Assembly: GCA_002633005.1 (NCBI GenBank)
Contig: NMRA01000086.1
Location: 715,390-779,389 of the forward strand
DNA length: 64,000 bases
Direction: 5' to 3'
From: Phoronis australis
Lineage: Eukaryota > Animalia > Phoronida
Shown here in pieces: positions 52,270 through 64,000 of this stretch. The notes under the pieces were generated by a model. The model had not been told where the DNA came from, made no database searches, and saw only the letters and a program-made list of their open reading frames with translations. The position numbers were made by a program, and so were the translations under genes. Positions within the stretch are counted from its first letter, which is position 1, and every line of letters starts with the position of its first letter.

Positions 52270-52720
52270 CAGATGCTTTTGGTTTTCATTTCACAGGGAT
52301 CTAGTTTCAGTGGCTTATAGAAGCGCTTGTTAAAAAGGTCCAGTTTCGGAATCACTTGACTCGTTTTGTGCCCAAAATCTGACCCTGAACTAGACCAGAG
52401 TGTCACTAGGTCTTCTTTAGCTTCAGTCCCTAAGCTATTGTCCACACATGACTCGTTGCCTATGAAAGGACATCCTCACCAATGAGGCTGACTTGTGTAG
52501 CAGTCAGATATAGTTCCTCTTCATACACAAACAATCCACTTGCACGTGGTCTTATGGTAACTTAGTAGGGCCTACTGCGATTCACATTTCCCCAGGGCCA
52601 CTGACTTGTACATTGTGCCATGCAGCACTGCTGGTGTGTGGAAATGCTGTGGGAAGAGAAAGGAGTAACAAATCTTGTCTGTGTTGCGGCTTGACGTGGC
52701 CTTAAGATGTCACTGAACCT
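52270..52720 (-). pseudogene. Probable decayed YqaJ / lambda-exonuclease-like ORF from a transposon
   Basis: Colinear fragments RFSDIL / TPAVLHGTMYKSVAL / SGLFVYEEELYLTATQVSLIGEDVL / VIPKLDLFNKRFYKP resemble the YqaJ pattern (HGxxxExxA..GLxV..PYLAASPDGLxG); heavily degraded. Confidence 0.45.
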
Positions 52721-54246
52721 GGAACAAATATCGAAATATGAATAATGAAGTACTCCAGGTTGGGTCAAAAACGCTACCCCTTTTTTCAAAAATATGATAT
52801 GGTGACTGCTCTACAATTTCACACAAAATTAAATAATTACTATTTCCAGAAAGCAAGGGTGTATATAATAAGTATTGTATAAAACTGCGTCTTTACTTTT
52901 CATTCGTAGCTATAACAATTCTTTAAACGCATCACTTGTCTGCAAAATATGCAAGTTTTTTTTAGACAAATTCAAACCTTTGTTACCCATTTTCAATCCT
53001 TTTTATTTTTTACACTTTCAGCAATTTATACTCCAATTACAGATTCTTGGGTCTGTGAAGCATACTGCTGGTCTAAAGCTAAAAGAACAGTTTCTCAGAC
53101 TTTCTATTTTTTTCTAATAGAAGATATAAAGACTTGGGTCACTTAAACAATGATGGTTAATCTTTCTGTTGTTTAAGAGTAATTATAAATCGTACGGCAC
53201 CATCAAAAATGCAATTTTTACAAAAATGGCAGTCATTTGAATTTATAACAGTTTCATAAGATCCAACATTTCAAGGCATGAGTTAAGACTATTCAGTCAT
53301 TGAGAATTCAGAAAATGTAATATATCTTTATGGGTTTACAATTGATAGCAATTTCATGAGTTGAAGGAACTTCATGAAGAATTACCTCACCATGCACTTT
53401 CGCCCAGACACTATTACCTGTTATTTTCACACATTCAGTTGTACCAAATTTCTCAACCCCAACCCCTTATGCCAATCCCCCGCTAAGGACCTGAATAAGT
53501 ATATTAACAAAACGACTTGCATAGCTTTCTTTAAAAATAGCTGTCCCTTTTCAAAGGCTTTGTTCCTTGTCTCCGATATAGAAAGTAGCTTTGACAATAC
53601 ATCTACACTGGATGGGAAGATCTTGCTTGTTAGCTGCAGTCAAATGCTTAAAACCAATTTTTGTCCATTCAGGCACGGTGCAGAATACCTTCTCTGCACG
53701 GTACAAGCCCCCAAACATAAAAACCAAAGGTCACGGGAAAACAGACATGATAGATTTCCATTTCAACGTGTATTAGATTTCCAGAAGACATCGGATAGGG
53801 AGTAAACAAATAGTCTTATCGATATTTGTCAGGTACCCTTTGCCATTGGGCTTGGATTGTAATCTTACTGACAGCATAAACATTCAGCAGTGATTGATGT
53901 GTCTGTCACTGATAAACCTGTGAGAAATCATTCCAAACAATAATACTGCTTTGATGTACGAAAAGATCCGAGTGCTACGTCAAGTATCGTAACACACATT
54001 ACAACAAAGAAAGATTAACCCGACTAGCGACTGGCGCGAAGTCGACATAGGCGAGTACCTCAGTTAACAGGCATCAGTAGAATAAACATGGAATAATCGT
54101 TAAAATAATCACAAACCTTACCTTTGTATAAGGTCGTGCTTATTTCCTCTCATATAAACACCCTTTTCACGCAATCTCCGATACAGTTGTCACGGCAAGC
54201 CATTTCACCATGTATTTAAAGGGCTCGCGAAATTGTGGCTGCTTAA

Positions 54247-55060
54247 AGGCGAAGGCAACCTATTTTCATGTCATTTTTAGCAAAAATAAGGTTCGTTGAT
54301 TATCCCAGACATATTTTCCACTTAATTACAGCATTTCCTAATTTGATTAATTATTCGTTTTCTACTCCGGAAGTGACGTTTTAGGAGGCTAGGATTTCGC
54401 GCCAATTTCTTTTCCCGTAGTCTGACTATGAGCATTGACGAGTCAGTCATAGATCTACCTCGGTTGTCATAAGTTCAGTCGTCGTTTGCTTTTGTTTACG
54501 AGTCAGTCAACATGTTGCTGCCTACCGGGATGTACTCATTATGACCCAAAGCCTGTAAGCAGCCCTGCTGCGATATTGAGAAGTGGGAGTGAATACAGGC
54601 CCCGTTCGACACCCAGTGAAGAGGACAGTTCGTGGTTCAATGAACAGATCGGTGAGCCAAACTTTGATAAGTTTATTCTGGACTTATCTAAAGTACTGGA
54701 GCTATTTAGAAGGTGCCAGGTGTGAAGCGAGGGTGTCACACGACGGCGTGTAAACAGTTTGTGTGCTCAAGTCACTATCAGTGGGAGTGTGTCGCGGACA
54801 CTGAGTCGTAAACAAAAGCCCGCGATGACCGAACTTATCAAAACCGCGAGATAGAACAATGACTGAGTGGGCAGCTGTCACAGTCAGACTATACGAAAAG
54901 AAATAGGCGGGAAATTCTTGCCTCCCAAAACGTCACTTCCGGAGTAGAGAACGAATAATTAATCAAATTACGAAAAGCTGTAGCTAAAGGGAAAATATGT
55001 CTGGGATAATTACCAACGAACCTTATTTTTGCTAAAGACATGAAAAAGGTGCCTTCGCCT
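54247..55060. mobile_element. Kolobok-like non-autonomous element with long TIRs
   Basis: TTAA|AGGCGAAGGCA ... TGCCTTCGCCT|TTAA; imperfect TIR of about 260 bp; central remnants CCLPGCT (THAP-start-like) and KFILDLSKVLELFRRC. Confidence 0.85.
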
Positions 55061-55440
55061 TTAAACTATCACCAATCGGGTGCTTAAAATTTATTTTCAG
55101 GAAATGTGAACCCTAGAAATTGTGATTGCGCCTTTTCGGGATGTATCTTTCTACTGTCGATGACTTTTGTTTACGATAGTGTCCTGTATTCATACAGTAT
55201 GAATAACACACCTGTTAAATCGGCCAGATATGTGTTTATTGTACATGTATGTGCTTCAAGCACGCGGCTATTAAACATCACTGCAGAAACGAAATAGTTT
55301 CTGCGACGCCACTTGCATGACAAGGCTAAAAATCGTTCACAGCCCGCCATTTTTCACGTTGTTGTAAAGCTAACCAATGACTGCCGCGGTTACATCGACC
55401 AATGCTAAAGCGCGTGCCGCTGCGTGATACCTGCGTGCTG

Positions 55441-55841
55441 GGCCCAGTCTCTAATCTTTGTACTGGAAACGAACTCGAAACTAATTTTGGCAATTTCTCT
55501 GCTCCTTTTGTGCGAACTTAAGATAATTGGTTATCAGACTGTGCTAGAATACATTATAGTTTATGCATAGGAGTTTCTAGTTCAAGTTTGCCCTTGAAGA
55601 CCCTTATATTCGTGCTACAAACTCGAGTAAAAACTCGAAATTTCGAGTTCAAACTCGAACTTATTGCTTTAATATTGGGTTTACAAACTGTGAACTAAGG
55701 ACAATAAATTATCTACGTAAATTATTGTGTACTCGAGCATAGAATAATAGACTTTTATCTTGAGTTCGCCCAAAAGTAGAGTAGAAAATGCCAAACCTAA
55801 TTTCGAGTTCCATTTCGAGTAAAGAGATTGGAGACCGGGCC
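55441..55841. mobile_element. Palindromic MITE (Harbinger-like, CWG flanks)
   Basis: CTG|GGCCCAGTCTCTAATCT ... AGATTGGAGACCGGGCC|CAG. Confidence 0.8.
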
Positions 55842-56328
55842 CAGGCTGGGCTAAGCAAGCGGGGAACCAGCGAGGGTAAAGCGCTGCCTGTTTAGAATTC
55901 GACTAGCCAATCAGAAACTCCGGTGTAAAAAAATTTCCCGAGGAATGTGATACCTGCTAACTTTCGTTTAGCACTGTGATAGAGTGTATGATACCTGCGC
56001 GCTGGCGCGGCTACCGCCCCACCTAGCGGCAAGCAGGGAACCAGCGAGTCACCACTAGTACACGCGCGCCCTCTAGTTAATGTAAATTTTCCGAATTTGT
56101 AAGTAAAAACTAAAAAAAAAATTGCCCAAGAACTGTTGGTCGACAAAATAACACCAATTTTCATAACGAACAAGACGCAGTTGAAAAGTTATAATCGTCT
56201 CAAGGTAACTGTCATACAAAAAGTTAGCAAACTTTGAGACTTTTTCGGCATCAATGACGTCTTTGATTAGTGACGACGTCAGTGTTATTGTTGACGTACA
56301 TTGTACGTAATCATTAATCATTTGTATA

Positions 56329-57334
56329 ATGGACCTACAAATGGCTACCGGATGGAAATTAGAAAATTTGCTTGAAAATATGACATTATATTTAGTGTGG
56401 AGTGTTAGTTGTATTTCTCAAGTTGTTTTGAGAATGACTGATACAGTAGTATCTTTTGTGTGGAGCTTCATGTTCGGTAACGCAGACCATTGCACAAACA
56501 TCGACGATGAAAAATGGTTGGCCGAAGTATTGGACGCTGCTATCGCTCTCCATGAAGCGGAGCCTGATATTAGAGTAAAAGAAATCTACGATGGATACAT
56601 AAATGACTTGCGTTGCTATCAGGGTGAGTTGTTATGCCGAAAATCTGAGGCAAACCGCGTAACCCACAAGCAAACAGCCCCCATCGAATATTTCATAGAA
56701 AAAGGCGACAAAAATCGAGCAGAACAACGCATGGGAAACCGCAGAGCCCCAGTTACTGGAGAGAAAAGATCCTATATCGGCTACATGCAGTGCTAACAAG
56801 CCAGAGCAAACTCAGGTAGAGGAAACCGATACTGATGTCGAAGAGACCATCGTTAGACCTCCAATTCCTTACAAACCAGACAGCGTTCACGGTCGATTTC
56901 TGGAAAACGTCAAGCCCACTGGTCCCGCGACGTTACTCCAGAGTGCAATTTGTCCTGCCAAACATGTCACAAGAAGCTTCTGCAACCCTCAACGTGATGC
57001 TGAGGACATCGTGGTTACGAAATCTCGCACCGACAAATCAGGTGACGTTGTATACATTCGTGAGGACGACGGCAAGCCATATGGTGTCGCAGAATTGCCC
57101 CACAATGCGACATCTTCTGATGCAGTAAGACTTGACGTTTCAGAGAACACCAGCACCTCCGCTTCCGCTAACGATGCACAAAATGTTAAACAGGGTTTCT
57201 TCAAGAAATTGAAGACGACTTTCAGAAAAAATGACCGCACTACCAAAGTCTCCACAAGCCCCTCCACCAAAGGCCACAGTGTCGTTCCACGATGGCAAAG
57301 AATGTTGTGCTGCATTGCCGCCGAATACGAATAG
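56329..57334 (+). CDS. Orphan gene candidate in two overlapping frames (56329-56796, 155 aa; 56699-57334, 211 codons); frameshifted or spliced
   Basis: Longest stop-free region outside EcR. Upstream AGCCAATCAG at 55905 and TGACG motifs; downstream AATAAA at 57488 and 57553. C-terminus GFFKKLKTTFRK...WQRMLCCIAAEYE. Confidence 0.5.
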
Positions 57335-58055
57335 GTAGAACCTAATGGACTAATTTATAAGCTCCGTGCTGAGCGCTTTTCGTTTTTTTGTTGTTTTTTA
57401 GATAATATAAAATACGTACGCTGCATGTATTTCCCACAGCCACCACTTTTCTGCTGTGAGCTGAATTTTAACCAATGAGTGTGCTTAAATAAAATGCATG
57501 GGCAATTCAAGCGTTTCTCTGATTTTAGGCTGATGAGTAAAGGTACAGAACAAATAAACAAAAGCGTTCACTTGCACAAACAAATCAGATTACTAGTTGC
57601 AGACAACCCACTCGATTAACAAAATTACGCCACCATTATTTCTTCGGGACTGGAAAAAGTGCGAGTTTCAGGTACAACCTGTTGGCCAGCTTCACCAGAA
57701 AGCAAAGAAATGAAGGAATGTGACTAGCAGAAGCATATTTTCTCTATTCAATTGCAGTTGCAGGGTTTTTATCTATCAACAGCTGGGCATTGGAGCTTCT
57801 TCCAATTTGCACGCCCCAGTGACGTGCATGCTTTTAATTTTGAACTCGCTTCTATGAAAATTATTGTCGCACACACATTCAAATTCCAGTAGAGCTTACT
57901 GTAAGTATATGAAAATACCATCAATCTCAAAGCAACCGATCAACAAAGCTGTTTTTGAGTTGGGTGGTTATCCCTTTCGTAGCGGAATATACACAACATT
58001 TGTTTTTGATCGATGGGAGCAATATACAAGGACGACACTTGCCCACGCGCAATAA

Positions 58056-58330
58056 GGTACCTTTTTATCTTATTCAGCAGCGTAATCCCTCTTTTGTTTC
58101 GGCTCTCAATCCGTTGCGAGGAGCCGCAAAAACGTGCCTCGAAAGCATCGAGGTGCCTCTCTAACGGGTCTAATTAAACCTATTACGTCATGACATGAGG
58201 TGTGACGTCAATGACACATCCGTCCGGTAGGCAGATGATGTCCCTTCCGATTGCATCCATCCCATGTGACCTTTGACCCTTCCTCTCGGATTTATGACCT
58301 TTGACCGAGGAGCCGCAAAAACGGGCGTCC
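58056..58330 (-). mobile_element. Inverted copy of the 49388-49658 element
   Basis: TAA|GGTACC...CGTCC|TAA; reverse complement aligns over the full length. Confidence 0.85.
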
Positions 58331-60917
58331 TAAACCTCTTACTATACTACTCACAATACTTACTGGACACGTTTCAGTGATTTGCAGCAGATTGGCGCCA
58401 AAAATTCGTTCTTAAAAACATTTGGCAATTTTCAACCAACTTTACCGTCGTTATATGTTGTGTTTTTAACTACTTTGACAAAGCAGAGATATGGAATTAG
58501 CGTGCAAGTTACACTTTAATGGTGACATTAAACGTAGTGAAACGGTCATGTCTCAGCGATTGGCTTGTGAAACATTCAATGAAATTTAAATATCCAGTCA
58601 TTTAAGTTTAATACTGAGTGTTACGTTTTGTTTTGATACCAATGGATCCCTTGGCCCTGAAAATGGAAACATACACATCGACATTTAATCTTCTGATTGT
58701 TTAGAGACTGGGATATTTACGGAAACATTTTCGTGGCAGACATTTGGGACAAATACTAACATTGTTTTTTTTGATTGCTTATTTATGTAAGGTTTCAAAT
58801 TGTATAGGGTGTAGATCAATACTCTCCCAAAAAGCCGGCGACATTGCAGGGAACCGGAATGTACAATTAAACTACTTACAAAGTGCTATTAAATAATTCA
58901 TTACATACAAAAAATAGTATACATTAAATTCTCCTCTCAAAAGTTTTTAAATGCGGAGGTAACGGACCCCTGTCAGTCTAGCCAACTTAAGTGACTATCG
59001 AGATATGAAGGAAATCAACGCCTTCTGAAACTTTCAGGAACTGTATTTTCGACTTGCACGAAGCTGAGTGCGACTGCATGCGCGCTGGACTCATGGCTGG
59101 CCGCGGGAGCGGGGCTCCGCGGGCTCCAGTATAGCCGTAAGAATCTCGCGAATTTAGTGTGATTCCGCGGTTCCCTTGTAGCAAAGGGAATATAGATAGA
59201 TACGACCTCTGCTTGTTATATATTGCTAATATCTCGCTAAGTCTAAGTAACGGCGTTTTCCCGAGTGCTCTGGCGCCGGACTCAGGTCTTTGGTTGCGCC
59301 TCCGAGCCCTCGCTAGACACATGTGTATACTATATTGTCTACCAATAGATGACGCTACGTTCAAAACCACTTAACTCTTGACTGACTGAAATCGGATGTA
59401 TTACGCACGCATGCTATCAAACTGATATCAAACAAATGGTCATTCATCACACGCCTGAGAAGAATTTATGTCAACTAATACTGGAGCATGACCCGAGACG
59501 AGACCCCAATGGACAAAATATACTCCCTCAAGTTGGCGCCTCTTCTTATCTAACCCATGGGAGCCGGTGCACCCGTATACTAGGAGACCACGAAAAGACC
59601 GACACATATTTTAGTGCCAAAGTAACACCTCTGCTGTTTCATTTTCTTTCAAAACTGAACTTTTACGTGCGTCTTTACATCGCTGCGTTTTTATTTTTTT
59701 GTGGCTTGGTTTTAGATTACAAACGAACGAAATGATGACTTTGTAGCCCTATGTAACGCCAAATGCAATGCCATGTTGTATACGATTGCTTTGGTTCACA
59801 GTATTTTTGGTTCATATTTTGGTTGTAGAACCCTTTATTTAAAAGTCTATTTTGCCCTGTTTAACTGGTTTAAGCTAAAGTCGAATTAGTCCTTTAGTTC
59901 TCACCATGATCGGACTATATCCCTCAAGTTACTGGCCGTGTGTACATGCGCCATATTCAAATCTGCAATTTTAGGATTGGCCATCACCAATGAAACTAAA
60001 GCGTTTCCTTGCGCATTGGCAGCCGATCTACGTTTTCAACAGAAGGGGGGGGGGGGTGTTGGGGTTAGGATTCTCGCGAANCCTCTGTTGTGATTTCGAT
60101 GTAGTCTCGTTGAAAGCGGAAATAATCTTATCACGGTAACGAATACTATGAGACTCGCTGTATAAGAGAAACAGGCCTTGTTCGATTTTCGTTTTTTAAT
60201 CACCTTAACAGGGCGAACTGCACCATCAGCGTGTGTACCCTTATCAGCACGTCTGCACAAGCGTATAGTGCCTTTGATTTGCGGGCTGGAACGTGCATTT
60301 GAGAATGCTAGATGAAATAAACAGTTTAACAAAGAAAACAGAAATTTAGCTTAGTAAAGATAGACATTATAATATCAATGTGTCGGGCAATGTGCTATGC
60401 CTTTTTCATTAAATTTTAGAAACAAAAAAACACATTCACACCCATAATGAATCTGTATTGAGGGCATAAACATTTACAACATAAGTGGTGTCTTATCAAT
60501 GCCCCATTCAGGTTTCTCAGGGGGCGGGCACCAAAAGCTATAAAAAGTTTAGGTATCCTAAGCTTTGGAATTCCCACCTTTCGCCACAATTTAGGAACTG
60601 CCCCCGTTTTCCGCAGCTTGCGAGAGGCACCGGTAGCAAAAACACGAGGACCCATCTTTCTCTTCCACTGGTCGTCACGACTTTTAAGTGGCCGATGCAT
60701 CGCTGAGACACGGCCTCTATTTCGTGCGATCGCCGCGAGACCCGTTGGTACAGCTTCACGGTGGTCACAATTGTTTAATAAACCAGGTCGAACAGGGACC
60801 CTTTGCGTGGAGTTTAATGGATAACCCGACACTAATAATTTTATGATATCTGCATCATTCTGAGATCAAGAGCATGACCAAATTTACTCGAGATGAAATC
60901 TCAAAACGTTGTTACAG

Positions 60918-61058
60918 CATGCGTGCACCCAGGTGGGGAGGGGCTCGGACGTGGTACCTGGTACACCGTTTTTTTTAGTCCTTCGGCTTTTTTGTCGGTA
61001 AAAGGTTCACATCGTCGGAAATTCGAGCCCCCCATATTAAAGGCTGGGTGCGCGGATG
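60918..61058. mobile_element. 141-bp MITE with 6-bp TSD
   Basis: TTACAG|CATGCGTGCACCCAG ... CTGGGTGCGCGGATG|TTACAG. Confidence 0.8.
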
Positions 61059-63843
61059 TTACAGTTATCCAAATTTTCTCTTCGACTTTGTTTTATGCAA
61101 CTTTTGAGTTTTTCACAAAAACAATAATTTTTTTGGAAAACATTTTATGAAAAAGTGAAAAGTTTCAAAAAAAATCCCGCAGCAGTTTCAGTGAAGAACG
61201 GTGGCTGCTTATCTTAAAATTGATATGAATCCAATAAGATCGATGTTTCAAACTTAGCCACAAAATTTCGGCACGTTTCTAAAAAGGATGACATAATTAA
61301 ACGTTAAAGCCCTGACGGGCGCGGTAAAATAGGAGCGGGCGCAGTGTAAAAATGGTCAGTTGCCGATTTGGGCAACTCACTGAAGGACCTGCTCGAAAAC
61401 AAGTTTCATTACGGGAGTATTTGTTCGAGTTGGAAGGAATAAAGACATCGGCGGCCTCCCAAGGTGTCCTACGTGACTGAGTGTTCTAATCAGCGTGAGG
61501 CACAATTTGCCGAAAAGCTTCCGGCGTATGAAGCTCTTATAAAAGCTTCACCGTCTCTTCTAAGGCTATCTAGAGACGTTGGACACTATTTAAAAAGTTT
61601 TTGGCCCGTGTGTTATAATCATCCGACACAATCCCTAATCGATCTGCGCTTGTTCAGTGCCAGGGTTTACAGCAAAATAGACAACCGTCATAGTAGCCCA
61701 TATCCTATTACAAGGCAACATCCACACCGGCGTTCCTTTGAACAAACAAAACTGTAAATAATCACACTAAAGCATCAACCCGTGTCATCCGTGTGATAAC
61801 AATTCAGCGTGCCTACTATTATACTGAAGTTTGTTCCGCGAATATGATAAGCCAGACGTTTGTTAGTTGGCGACGAGATACAAAAAAAATGTTTTCGTTT
61901 AGTCATATTTTTATGTTTGACTGATCAGGGCAGAAACTTTCGCGTGAAAGTTTTAGCCCAGAATCTCAATCTGTCGATTTCGGACATTCACGTTTTATAC
62001 ATTACCAGCATGGATTTTTGCCTGATAACGTGGAATTTTTCATGAATTGCTCGCTTATGTACTTTGTGCGTTAAAAACCTATAATGTTGGTTGGATAGGT
62101 AAACACATAACCTTTACTGCAGTGGGTCTATGAGTTGTGATCTTATGACCTGGTTTTTGAAAAAGGAACAGGATTCGAGACACAAATTAATAAATTCATC
62201 TCATACGCGCTCTGACAAGAAGCCGGGCTTTCCTGCTTACCCCTTTGTGCCAGCAATGAGTCAGCCCGGAATTTTAACCACGGAAGTCAGTGACGGGCAA
62301 TGTATACATAACCGAAGTGAATTAGTTTAACTTTAGGCGGTGACGAAGTCAATTGGCTCCCAGTTTGCGCTTGGAATACAGCATAAGACCTTATACGTGG
62401 AAATATTTTGTCACATGCAGAATTCAGTTGTAAGTAGATTTTCTTTATTACTTGTTTTTTAATTTATTTTTACTTGTACATAAAGGTATACTTGTAATTT
62501 ATCAATAAATTTTATCAACGACAAACTGCTGTCGTAAAAAACTTAGGTCACTACTTCTCGTAGTAGTCTGTCTGAATGGATATTATTTCTAGCTCCTGGT
62601 TTCGAGCTGGTCTACAATGGTTTACTGGTAGTAAGGACATTGAAAAACGTGAACTATACATAGGTATTCCAGTACTGGTGAAAAGTAAGGACATTGCAAA
62701 ACGTGAACTACCACATGGGTAATTCAGTACATGTATTTGTTCTTAGAGTTTGATGACAATGAGTCACAGTTTAAGTAGTCAATAAATAAATACTCTTGCT
62801 TGTAATTCGGATTTTTTTGACATTTAGTTATCGCACGTGTTACCTTTTACAATTATATCCTTTATATTTTCGCACCTTCAAGCGACATCAAGCCGTTGAT
62901 TTCTAAAAAAACAAGTTTGATTTAGGTCACTTACAGTAATAAAACCGGTAGCAGTTTTTTTACGGCTCGGTCGAACGTCGCAAGTAAGCACTCCACTATA
63001 CAATCACGGCTCGTGTTCTTTTTGTATATTGAATACAGCACACGGTATGGTCTGTTGTACTTCTGGCCGCTGATTTAACTTTTAGGTCACGATGAGTGGG
63101 CGACGGTAAATTAACTTGAGATTTGGTTTCAACCAAGTGCCCAGGCTATGACTTTTGATATTGTCACGCCAGGTTCTAAGTTTTGTGGCAGGAAAAACAA
63201 ATGGGCGACGGCGAGTGGGTGTGTTAAACTGCATGGTTATTAGTGTACTTTAACAAAGTCATTGCGTACGAGTGTTGGTAATATTCAGCTACTGGGGTAC
63301 CGAATTTTTAGAACCATTTTCTCCACCGAAAGCAGACGTTAATCAGGTTTTCAGTATGCTGCACACAAGTACGTGACTTTTGCCAGATTGTGCGTGTACG
63401 AGTTTAACTGAAATTCGCAATATTATTTCTGTCGTGTCTTAGCACTATGATGAGCGCCAACTGGCCCAGGAAACACCCTTCGGTTTGTAACTTGGTAAAC
63501 CGTAAGATATGAAAGTAACTGACATACGAACGGCGACATTTGACTCTGTGTCTAGTGGTTGCAGAACTAGAAATGACAGGAACAATACATTTATTTTGCC
63601 GCCTGAGAAGAAATGTGGCAAAAAGGTGTAAAGTCGGGAATTGTTACGTTGCTAGTGAGTGTGATGTACAGACAGTTATGGGTTTTTGTGTTTAGATATG
63701 TCTTATTCGGTCCAGTTAAAAATAGCTTCCTTGGACCGTGGCGGCACAAAACACCAAGTTGTGGCTAGTTAACGATCGCTCGTTTTCTACAAGCCAGGGT
63801 GTGTGTTGGATCCGTACTCGGTCTTCCGCCCTAAACCGTCTTA

Positions 63844-64000
63844 GGGGCCTTTCATACTAACGTCGACGCGTCGATGGTTTGGGGAGTTGCGGTCAGTATG
63901 AACGCTTAACTCCGGTCCTGGATCGCAGTTAAGAGCTCCAGTTAACATCGCAGTTAATAGGTGGATTTAAGACCGCAGTGTCGACGCTGCGGTGCAGTAT
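63844..64000 (+). mobile_element. Harbinger-like MITE (family of 20066-20517), cut by the window edge
   Basis: TTA|GGGGCCTTTCATACTAAC...GGGGAGTTGCGGTCA.TATGAACG. Confidence 0.7.

Noticed and set aside
58987-59374. 127-aa ORF bounded by TTAA sites
   Set aside because: No domain recognised and the TIR is only about 3 bp; probably a repeat but not supportable.
60416-60832. Cluster of overlapping ORFs up to 138 aa
   Set aside because: Locally GC-richer DNA with few stops; no recognisable protein motifs or splice structure.

Overview
AT-rich, intron-containing animal DNA. Most of the supplied ORFs are spurious. The main feature is one complete + strand NR1H nuclear receptor gene of the lophotrochozoan ecdysone-receptor (EcR) type. 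It has 7 coding exons: join(1649..1694,22332..22628,25676..25816,34476..34762,37136..37294,40911..41133,42856..43106) = 1404 nt = 467 aa, with all splice phases consistent. The gene has a 20.6-kb first coding intron, one GC-AG intron and two uORFs. Intron 1 carries a perfect IR-1 (AGGTCA-T-TGACCT, the canonical EcR/RXR or FXR/RXR element) plus RORE-, FTZ-F1- and DR1-type sites, suggesting an autoregulated ecdysone-cascade-like circuit in a probably non-moulting animal. Introns contain many non-autonomous DNA transposons, including a Tc2-like element carrying a decayed HIRAN-domain ORF. Downstream (47.8-64 kb) is an accessory region with a 154-bp duplication, a telomere-like tract and an inverted pair of DR1-bearing MITEs. 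That pair brackets a Polinton-type DNA polymerase B relic, a probable YqaJ-nuclease relic, a Kolobok-like element and an orphan two-frame gene candidate. All family assignments come from motif recognition by eye; no searches were run.
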